From Elusimicrobiaceae bacterium (GTDB lineage Bacteria > Elusimicrobiota > Elusimicrobia > Elusimicrobiales > Elusimicrobiaceae): DNA of 64,000 nt. Shown piece by piece: positions 49,998-60,891 of the stretch. Numbering within the stretch: position 1 is the first letter of the stretch; each line of letters opens with the position of its first letter. The stretch spans positions 1,185 to 65,184 of the forward strand of contig JAZRIL010000006.1 in the NCBI GenBank assembly GCA_045645285.1, given 5' to 3'. Below the pieces are notes generated by a model. That model was not told the origin of the DNA. It saw nothing but the letters and a program-made list of their open reading frames with translations, and searched no databases. The position numbers and the translations under genes are program-made.

Positions 49998-50026
49998 ATT
50001 TTATCAATTTAGTCCGCCAAATGCAA
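49998..50026 (-). promoter_or_regulatory. rplJL-rpoBC promoter: TTGCAT, 17 nt, (TGa)TAAAAT; about 139-nt leader follows
   Basis: Minus-strand reading is TTGCATttggcggactaaatTGATAAAAT. Confidence 0.5.
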
Positions 50027-50071
50027 ACACTCTTGCACCGTTCTATCCGCGGACAACATAAATATTGTAGC

Positions 50072-50101
50072 AAAATCCGCTTGCACGCGCAAGCGGATTT
50101 T
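50072..50101. terminator. rho-independent terminator after the coiled-coil gene
   Basis: Sequence is AAAATCCGCTTGCacgcGCAAGCGGATTTT. Confidence 0.85.
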
Positions 50102-50120
50102 GGACAACAAAATAAATAGC

Positions 50121-50987
50121 CTACCGGCCTCTACCGCCTCTAATATAACCCGAGTGCATCAAGCGTTGGGCCTGTTCTTGGCAAGGGACATACGCGGAGA
50201 CCGGCAAAGACGGCACAGTAGCCCTGGTTTCGCTGTCAAGGTAGTTGTAGTGGGTATAAAGAGACGTTTGGAAACAAATATCGTAGGCATTATAAAAACG
50301 CCCGTTCGGGCATTGAATCAAAAAAGAGTATTGATTCTCAAAAAGGAAACCATTATCCACCCGAATTGGTTGCTTTCCTTCCGTTTTTTGCACTTCCCAT
50401 TTGACTTCGTTTAGCGAGGAAACTTTCCCGGCCTCACACTTGTTTTCATAGGCCTCTAAAAGGGCGGTTTGAGTTTGCGAAAACTGATTGACGCCGTGTT
50501 TGTCTTCCTTAAAAAACCGCTGAAGATTGGCTTCCGATTGCGCACAGCCGGCACGATATTTTGCCAGCATATCGTCAAAATCTTTTTGCGTTTTTTGCTC
50601 TTGTTGTTTTTTCTGCTTCTGCTGTTTTTTAGCCGCGGCCTCTTGTTTTGCTTGCTCTTTTTTCTGTTTTTGCAGTTGGGCGGCTTGTTGTTCAATTTGG
50701 GTTTGTAAATTTTGTGCGACGTTGCTTAACGAGTCGTTTTGATGTTGCAGTTGCAAATAACGGTTGTTAAGTTGCCCGTAGAGAGAGTCCAACCGGCTGA
50801 CTTGTTTTTGCAAATTGTCTTGATATCCTTGCAAATACGCATTGGCCACACGCAACGAATCCAATTGGCGTTGCTGCGCTTGAATTTGTTGTTGTTGGTT
50901 AGCAATAACTTCTTTTTTAGATTGTGCGCATACGGGCATAGTTCCTAAAAAACCGATAACGCACACCATGCTGATAATTTTATTCAT
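50121..50987 (-). CDS. secreted Gln/Lys-rich coiled-coil protein with a Cys-containing C-terminal domain (hypothetical)
   Basis: Start MNKIISMVCVIGFLGTMPVCAQ (signal or lipoprotein-like peptide) with GGAGGA SD. Long heptad-like Q-rich stretch. Confidence 0.6.
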   Translation of the reverse strand: MNKIISMVCVIGFLGTMPVCAQSKKEVIANQQQQIQAQQRQLDSLRVANAYLQGYQDNLQKQVSRLDSLYGQLNNRYLQLQHQNDSLSNVAQNLQTQIEQQAAQLQKQKKEQAKQEAAAKKQQKQKKQQEQKTQKDFDDMLAKYRAGCAQSEANLQRFFKEDKHGVNQFSQTQTALLEAYENKCEAGKVSSLNEVKWEVQKTEGKQPIRVDNGFLFENQYSFLIQCPNGRFYNAYDICFQTSLYTHYNYLDSETRATVPSLPVSAYVPCQEQAQRLMHSGYIRGGRGR

Positions 50988-51104
50988 GCTTTTTTCCTCC
51001 GTATTTTTTATTATACGGAAAACAAAACTGACCCGCAAGGGAAAAAGGGCCCAACCGTGCCTAGGTCATTGGTCCTATTACTCTTTTTCCGTATGTTCCG
51101 GGTT

Positions 51105-51113
51105 TGCTATAAT
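51105..51113 (+). promoter_or_regulatory. extended -10 TGcTATAAT 6 nt upstream of ATG (leaderless-type)
   Basis: Sequence reads TTGCTATAATatttatATG. Confidence 0.45.
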
Positions 51114-51119
51114 ATTTAT

Positions 51120-51902
51120 ATGAAATCCACGAGTGAAAATGTACAAAATCCGCAAGCGCCGCTGCCGGAAAATTTCGTCATCAATTTGCCGGATACGTTT
51201 GCAAACAGCGGCGAGATTATCCACAACGCGCGTAACCAAATTCGCGTGTTTGACGTAAATGACCATAAAATTAACGTGAAGAAATTTTGTATCCCGCCCA
51301 TCGTCAACCGCATTTTGTACTCGCTTGGTTGGCGCACGCCCAAGGCCGTGGCGACCTATCAAAACGCGTTGGAAATTCTAAAGCGCGGTTTTCACACTCC
51401 CGCCCCGTACGGATATCGTATTGAACGCAAGGGGGGACTTATCAATTTTTCATATTTTGTGAGTGCGCAAGAAGAAAATATGCGCCCCGTACGTGACGCA
51501 GCCAACGACCCCGCCCTTATCACGGCACTTGCGCAGTATACCGCCGATATGCACGCCAAGGGCCTTTGGCATAAAGATTTTACACCGGGGAATATCTTGT
51601 TTCGCGTGAAAGACGGCAAGCATGAATTTTCGCTAATTGATATCAACCGGTTCCATTTTTTTGACGGCCCGGTGCCCCAAAAAATCGTGCGGCGTAATTT
51701 AATCCAACCGTTTTATGACGATAAAAACTTGTCTGCATTTGTGGAAGAATATGCCCGCATTACCCATTGGCACGGCAACTTAGTGCGCGAAGTATTACAT
51801 AAAAAGCATTTGCGTAACAAGTATGATACCTTTAAGCGTAATTTGAAAAAATTGCCCGGCGCGTATATCTTTTTAAATAAGCCGTTTCAGAAACAAAAGT
51901 AA
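51120..51902 (+). CDS. lipopolysaccharide kinase (Kdo/WaaP/InaA) family protein
   Basis: Contains NARNQIRVFDVNDHKINVKKF and HAKGLWHKDFTPGNILF...FSLIDINRF. Confidence 0.7.
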   Translation: MKSTSENVQNPQAPLPENFVINLPDTFANSGEIIHNARNQIRVFDVNDHKINVKKFCIPPIVNRILYSLGWRTPKAVATYQNALEILKRGFHTPAPYGYRIERKGGLINFSYFVSAQEENMRPVRDAANDPALITALAQYTADMHAKGLWHKDFTPGNILFRVKDGKHEFSLIDINRFHFFDGPVPQKIVRRNLIQPFYDDKNLSAFVEEYARITHWHGNLVREVLHKKHLRNKYDTFKRNLKKLPGAYIFLNKPFQKQK

Positions 51903-51990
51903 AAACTTTAATGGATTTTGCTATAATAAACGTGTAGTAACTTAGGAGGATGAAGCACCGCGCCAACCGCGCGCAGAAAACAATTTGAAA

Positions 51991-52168
51991 AACTATATTT
52001 GAACCGTATGTTTAGCATACGGGTTATCTGTTAAAGATTTCAAAAAGGGTCAAATATAGTCGTTATAGGCACGAAATAAACGGACTAATTACCCGGTTGT
52101 TTCGTGCCGAGTGTTTATCGTGTAAGCGATAAACCACGGCTATTATATTTGGTCAACCCTTTTTGAGG
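51991..52168. repeat. composite palindromic region upstream of the OMP gene
   Basis: Three copies of GGT(T)CAAATATAGT in alternating orientation. Inner hairpins are CCGTATG/CATACGG, GGCACGAAA/TTTCGTGCC and GTTTATCG/CGATAAAC. The region ends in TTTTTGAGGCTAGG. Confidence 0.55.
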
Positions 52169-52232
52169 CTAGGTATAACAGCCGTTTTTATTTGGCTTTG
52201 TGCCGGGCCTGGGAAATAAAAAGGAGAAAAAA

Positions 52233-52976
52233 ATGAAAAAAGTAATAATAGCAGTAATTAGTTTGTTGTGTATCGCCCCGTTGTTTGCACACGAATCCAA
52301 TTCGTATATGGCGAAACCGGGACAAGGCAGTTTGTTTGGCAGTAGCCAAAAAACGGATGAGAAAAAAATTGCTCAAGAAACTTCCGTTCGGACGGGCCAG
52401 TTCGGTGTTGGCTTGCGCGCCGGAATCGCCCAAAACGACCCGAAAGACATGAAAGACGAGTACAATACGTTAGGCGATGGAGATTTTAGACACGCTAAAT
52501 TAGAGAAAGGAAATGGTGTTTTTGGTTTAGAAGCATTCTATGAATGGTCTACAAATCAAGAACCGAGTAAGGTAGGCGTCAAACTGGGAATTGATTGGTA
52601 CGGACAGAACAAATTAACACTGGACCAATCTTTGCTTTACATGGATGAAAAGTTTACTGAAACCACTTATGCAGTGCCTCTTACGATGTATTATAAATAT
52701 GACGGCGGCGTTAAAAATTGGAGTTGGTTTATTGGAGGAGGTGCTACATGGATACATTCGGAAGTAGAAACCGAGGGGCTTTGGCCTGATGTGACATTAT
52801 CTAAAACTAAAATCTTCCCGCACATTACGGCCGGAGCAGAATATCGTTTCAATGAAGTGTTTGCTTTAGGGTTAGATCTAAAATACAACATCGCGGCCAA
52901 GGTTAAAAAGGACGGCGATGTTTTGTCTGACCGTTCCGGAATTGGAGCTGCCTTGACAGGTAGATTCTATTTCTAA
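52233..52976 (+). CDS. outer-membrane beta-barrel protein (porin/OmpA-N-like)
   Basis: SD AAAGGAG, signal peptide MKKVIIAVISLLCIAPLFA, alternating beta pattern, C-terminal GRFYF. Confidence 0.7.
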   Translation: MKKVIIAVISLLCIAPLFAHESNSYMAKPGQGSLFGSSQKTDEKKIAQETSVRTGQFGVGLRAGIAQNDPKDMKDEYNTLGDGDFRHAKLEKGNGVFGLEAFYEWSTNQEPSKVGVKLGIDWYGQNKLTLDQSLLYMDEKFTETTYAVPLTMYYKYDGGVKNWSWFIGGGATWIHSEVETEGLWPDVTLSKTKIFPHITAGAEYRFNEVFALGLDLKYNIAAKVKKDGDVLSDRSGIGAALTGRFYF

Positions 52977-52999
52977 TAGAGTCTTCCTCCTAACAAGAC

Positions 53000-53032
53000 C
53001 CCCCGTTTCCTATTGGGAAACGGGGGATTTTA
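53000..53032 (+). terminator. rho-independent terminator
   Basis: Sequence is CCCCCGTTTCCtattgGGAAACGGGGGATTTTA. Confidence 0.85.
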
Positions 53033-53143
53033 TTGGACTTTCACACAAAAAAGGCGTATTTCTAGGCACTTGCGAGAAAAGTATACTGGCGGCGCGGTAT
53101 TATTTCAACGGTTTATAAGCGTTTTATTCAGAGCCAATCGTAT

Positions 53144-53190
53144 CCCCCGCTCGTCATCCCGCAGTGTTTCTATGCGGGATATAGCGGGGG
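53144..53190 (+). repeat. family-1 REP-like hairpin (core 53151..53182) in outer stem CCCCCGCT/AGCGGGGG
   Basis: Core is TCGTCATCCCGCAGTGTTTCTATGCGGGATAT. Confidence 0.7.
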
Positions 53191-53204
53191 GCAATATATA
53201 TTTA

Positions 53205-53213
53205 TGCTAAAAT
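53205..53213 (+). promoter_or_regulatory. extended -10 TGcTAAAAT 6 nt upstream of ATG (leaderless-type)
   Basis: Sequence reads TGCTAAAATacccatATG. Confidence 0.45.
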
Positions 53214-53219
53214 ACCCAT

Positions 53220-53513
53220 ATGGGATATGTCTACATACTGACCACAAAAAATAACAAAATGCTCTATATCGGAGTTACAAATAATTTGCTACGACGTGTG
53301 TATGAGCACAAACAAGGTTTTGTGGAAGGTTTTACCAAAAGATTCCATATTAAAAAATTAGTCTATTATGAGCAATACAATTCCATTCAAGATGCCATAC
53401 AACGAGAAAAAGTCTTGAAAGAATGGAATCGCGCCTGGAAAGAATATCTAATAAATTCTTTTAATCCTTCTTGGAAAGATCTTTACGAAGAAATAGCCCC
53501 CTCTTTTTTATAA
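53220..53513 (+). CDS. small stand-alone GIY-YIG nuclease family protein (COG2827/YhbQ-like)
   Basis: 97 aa containing GYVYIL..LYIGVTNNLLRRVYEH...QREKVLKEWNRAWK. Confidence 0.85.
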   Translation: MGYVYILTTKNNKMLYIGVTNNLLRRVYEHKQGFVEGFTKRFHIKKLVYYEQYNSIQDAIQREKVLKEWNRAWKEYLINSFNPSWKDLYEEIAPSFL

Positions 53514-53517
53514 AAAC

Positions 53518-53561
53518 AACCCTTTTATTTATATCCCGTCTTCACACGTCGGACAAGGGTT
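53518..53561 (-). repeat. degenerate family-1 hairpin in outer stem AACCCTT/AAGGGTT
   Basis: Sequence is TATATCCCGTCttcacacGTCGGAC, which compares with TATATCCCGCA...TGCGGGATGAC. Confidence 0.45.
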
Positions 53562-53592
53562 AAGTCAGCGAGAAAGCAAAGAAACTAAAAAA

Positions 53593-53645
53593 CGCTCTCT
53601 TTTATATCCCGCATAACAACACTGCGGGATGACGAAAAGAGAGCG
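53593..53645 (-). repeat. family-1 REP-like hairpin (core 53604..53635) in outer stem CGCTCTCTTTT/AAAAGAGAGCG
   Basis: The reverse complement of the core is TCGTCATCCCGCAGTGTTGTTATGCGGGATAT. Confidence 0.7.
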
Positions 53646-53787
53646 TAAAAAGGGACCCCTGCCAGGAAGGTCCTGTCCTTTCACACAAAAAAGGCGTCCC
53701 ACCACCCCAAGACTAACATTGTAGAAGATTATATGATTTTTCAAAATCGCTCCAAGTTGCGCGGGCTAGTTGGGCGCATAGGCGTTT

Positions 53788-54054
53788 GGGTTGGCAAGGT
53801 GTTCTGTTTGCTCTATTGCGTTTAGCCGTTTTTGCGTAAGACGGCTAGGCAAAAAAGTGATGGCTATGTAATCATAGACAAACTTTTCTAACAACGCCGG
53901 ATAGCAAAAACGGCTAAACCCTTCGGGCCGCGCCCTTTTTGGTTATCACTTCTTTTTTTGCGCGCACCTAGTTCACTAGGCACGCGCAAAAGAAACTACG
54001 CGCTACCTCAAAAAGTTCAGCGGCGCAAAGGCAAAAAGAGCACCTTGCCAACCC
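53788..54054. repeat. 267-bp element with perfect 14-bp TIRs GGGTTGGCAAGGTG / CACCTTGCCAACCC, containing nested palindromes
   Basis: Inner element at 53820..53919 has 16-bp arms GTTTAGCCGTTTTTGC and CTAGGC and TAACAAC boxes. A second palindrome lies at 53950..53994. Confidence 0.6.
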
Positions 54055-54119
54055 AGTTACGTCAAGGGCAAGGCGGGGCAAAGATACTCAAATGTGGCAA
54101 ATTGTTGGCCAACGATATA

Positions 54120-54156
54120 GCAAACGCCCGCAAAAGATATCTTTTGCGGGCGTTGC
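54120..54156. repeat. 37-bp near-perfect palindrome centred on GATATC
   Basis: Sequence is GCAAACGCCCGCAAAAGAT|ATCTTTTGCGGGCGTTGC. Confidence 0.6.
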
Positions 54157-54211
54157 GAAAACGAAACTTAACAAAGCCGTTAAATAGTGAAAGGGACGGT
54201 ATCCTTTGAAG

Positions 54212-54317
54212 AAAAACCCCTTAATTCTAGGCGTGAGGCGGCGCAGTATACTGTGCGAAGCGGCGCGGTAGCGCCGAGGTATTCAAGCCGCCGAACAACA
54301 ACGAAGTAAGGGGTTTT
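54212..54317. repeat. family-2 nested palindromic element D (106 bp), directly downstream of 5S on the minus strand; likely operon terminator
   Basis: TIRs are AAAAACCCCTTAATTC / GAAGTAAGGGGTTTT. Contains TAGGCG and AACAACAAC boxes and inner hairpins GCAGTATACTGTGC and GCGGCGCggtaGCGCCG. Confidence 0.65.
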
Positions 54318-54336
54318 ACAAAAAAGGATAGAGGCC

Positions 54337-54470
54337 TTGATGAGACCGACATCGATCTACTCTCTCAGCACCGAATTGGGTGCCAATACCATCGACCCTT
54401 ACGAGCTTAACTGCCGTGTTCGGAATGGGAACGGGTGTGACCTCGTCGGAATTAATATCAGTCTCATCAA
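54337..54470 (-). rRNA. rrf: 5S ribosomal RNA (ends approximate)
   Basis: The reverse complement contains CCCGTTCCCATTCCGAACACGGCAGTTAAGC and GAGAGTAG. Terminal helix is GATGAGAC/GTCTCATC. Confidence 0.85.
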
Positions 54471-54637
54471 AGCCTCTATGTTAAAAGAACAAATCGGAAG
54501 GAACCGTCGCTACAACAATTCCTTTCTCGTTAGAATCTTGCTCGCCGTGTTCTAGACGGGTCATCGCGTACTTCTAACGTCAGATAATAGAAAAGCGCAA
54601 GTGTTTCACTTACATATTCTATTGGATTAAAGAATAT

Positions 54638-57646
<3,009 letters not shown>

Positions 57647-57980
57647 ATATTCTTTAATCCTACAGATTTTGGTCATTTCAAATGCTAGATATTGCTATCT
57701 ATATTTTTAGGTATGATAACCATTAACTTTAAGTTAATTGTCTCATGCATCATTGTGTAAGTGTAAGTATATTTTTATCACATGTCAAATATACAAACGC
57801 TTGGCTTTTCTAAAATATACTTTCATTCTCTTTGCTACCCGCCGGACTTTTTATCAATTATAAGCCCAACTACTGGAGTCTTACAAGAGACGATTGAGTA
57901 TAAGTTATCTGATTTTCAAAGAACTACAAATCTGACGCAACATTTTATTTTGAAGTTGCAAGGTTTCTGGTTTAAAGTTG

Positions 57981-58053
57981 TGGAGCTGATCGGGATCGAA
58001 CCGACGACCTCCTGCTTGCAAAGCAGGCGCTCTCCCAACTGAGCTACAGCCCC
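57981..58053 (-). tRNA. tRNA-Ala (anticodon UGC)
   Basis: The reverse complement is GGGGCTGTAGCTCAGTTGGGAGAGCGCCTGCTTTGCAAGCAGGAGGTCGTCGGTTCGATCCCGATCAGCTCCA. Confidence 0.95.
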
Positions 58054-58066
58054 GTTAGTAAGTTGG

Positions 58067-58140
58067 TGGGCCCGGAAGGAATTGAACCTTCGACCTCACG
58101 CTTATCAAGCGTGCGCTCTAACCAGCTGAGCTACGAGCCC
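58067..58140 (-). tRNA. tRNA-Ile (anticodon GAU)
   Basis: The reverse complement is GGGCTCGTAGCTCAGCTGGTTAGAGCGCACGCTTGATAAGCGTGAGGTCGAAGGTTCAATTCCTTCCGGGCCCA. Confidence 0.95.
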
Positions 58141-58271
58141 AGGCTATTTAAAATAAAGAGCATAAACTCTGCAAAACCTTGCTATGTGCGAGTGGCCGAC
58201 TTGAACCAGACTGCGCGTAGCGCACCAGTCTATGGTTACCGACCTATTCTAACTTCCGAAGAAGAAAGAAT

Positions 58272-59783
<1,512 letters not shown>

Positions 59784-60078
59784 AATTAATTACCTTTAAA
59801 TCGCAAGCGGTTTAAAGGCAACTAATCGCTAACATTGAGTTGTTGACTTTTGACTCTACTTGTTTGAATTAACTTGGTGTCCTATTTTTGAAAAGTATAG
59901 GACTTAACTTAATGAGCCATGAACTGTAAAACTTTCGTTTTTCCGGTTCAAATCGCCCATTCGCACATTGCTGTCAAATTTTCATAGAGCGAAAATTCCT
60001 CGTTGCTTTTTCTTTATTTCAAAAAAGCAATGGAATTTTTAACTTCTTCATGCAGCCTTTTCTCTCGGCTACACATAT

Positions 60079-60107
60079 AGTATAGCAAATCTAATTGACT
60101 TTGTCAA
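60079..60107 (-). promoter_or_regulatory. rRNA promoter: TTGACA, 17 nt, (TGc)TATACT
   Basis: Minus-strand reading is CTTGACAaagtcaattagatttgcTATACT, about 300 nt upstream of 16S. Confidence 0.6.
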
Positions 60108-60156
60108 GCCCTTTTTAATTCAACGGCTCAACTTGTCAAATCCTTGCTACCTAATT

Positions 60157-60185
60157 ATTAAAGCATATTTTTTAAAGTTTGTCAA
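60157..60185 (-). promoter_or_regulatory. second tandem promoter: TTGACA, 17 nt, TTTAAT
   Basis: Minus-strand reading is CTTGACAaactttaaaaaatatgcTTTAAT. Confidence 0.45.
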
Positions 60186-60488
60186 GTTTTTCTTGTTTTA
60201 CTTCAAACGGCTTTGCTTACTGCCTAGTTAAAATTTACGAAACATTTAATCTTTTTTGTACCGCTTGGTTATTCAAGCCGGTCATGGCCGCTAAGGACCG
60301 AAGGGATAGATTAAATACTTATTATATATAGTAAAGAACAAAACTAACTTGATCGGCTAGGCTCAGTCCATCGGCTGCCTTTTCTAATATAAGGAGATGT
60401 TTCGCTGCCGAAAAGTTTTCTGTTTGTACTTCACTTTTACTACAGAAGTTTTTTGCTTTTACAAAGATCAATTCAAGACTACCTAAAT

Positions 60489-60517
60489 AGTCTATCAAAA
60501 AAAGACAGAAATGTCAA
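60489..60517 (-). promoter_or_regulatory. third tandem promoter-like site: TTGACA, 17 nt, TAGACT
   Basis: Minus-strand reading is CTTGACAtttctgtctttttttgaTAGACT. Confidence 0.4.
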
Positions 60518-60605
60518 GGCCCGTTTTTCTTTTCCTTTTTAAAAGTGGAAAAAGGGCTCTTGAAAACTTCCATGGAAACAAACCTTTTTGTTTCCGTATA
60601 TAAGT

Positions 60606-60634
60606 AGTGTAGCAGTTTTTTGGGAAAATGTCAA
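60606..60634 (-). promoter_or_regulatory. fourth tandem promoter-like site: TTGACA, 17 nt, TACACT
   Basis: Minus-strand reading is GTTGACAttttcccaaaaaactgcTACACT. Confidence 0.4.
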
Positions 60635-60826
60635 CTCTTTTTTTCTCCGTCGGAGATTTTTATAAAAATTGACTTTATTTCAAAAGAACTGGCAACTTTC
60701 GTTGCGGTTTTGCGCGGTTTGTTGTGCGCTGAAAAACTGCATTACTATTTATATATTTATTGTAACAAAATCTGCGCAACCAAGCAACACTTCCTCTTTT
60801 TCATTTTTCCCGCAGGTAGAAAATTC

Positions 60827-60854
60827 TTGACAAAGCAAAAAAAAAAACGATAAT
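60827..60854 (+). promoter_or_regulatory. pilin promoter cassette copy 4 (TTGACA, A11 spacer, GATAAT)
   Basis: Same block as the other copies. The uninterrupted UTR leads to SD AAGGAG. Confidence 0.7.
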
Positions 60855-60891
60855 AGAGTGTCAGACAAAAAAATAACAAGGAGCGAACAAT

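Larger units (their letters stand above)
53038..53697 (+). mobile_element. candidate GIY-YIG cassette bounded by 20-bp direct repeats and containing inverted family-1 hairpins
   Basis: CTTTCACACAAAAAAGGCGT occurs at 53038..53057 and 53678..53697. Hairpins lie at 53144..53190 (+), 53518..53561 (-, degenerate) and 53593..53645 (-). The segment is AT-rich. Confidence 0.4.

Noticed and set aside
53013-53210. 65-aa ORF upstream of the GIY-YIG gene.
   Set aside because: It covers the terminator, the direct repeat, a truncated family-2 copy and the family-1 hairpin. It has no SD or recognisable motif.
53958-54209. 83-aa, very basic ORF between the GIY-YIG cassette and 5S.
   Set aside because: It has a non-ATG start and reads through several palindromes. 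The basic composition is a by-product of A-rich repeat DNA.
4124-54317. Considered whether the recurring hairpins could be a CRISPR array or arrays.
   Set aside because: Copies are dispersed over 50 kb, occur in both orientations, are nested in one another and are not separated by regular unique spacers. No cas genes are present.
60620-60853. 77-aa ORF upstream of pilin 4.
   Set aside because: It is AT-rich and low-complexity, has no SD, and runs into the pilin promoter cassette.
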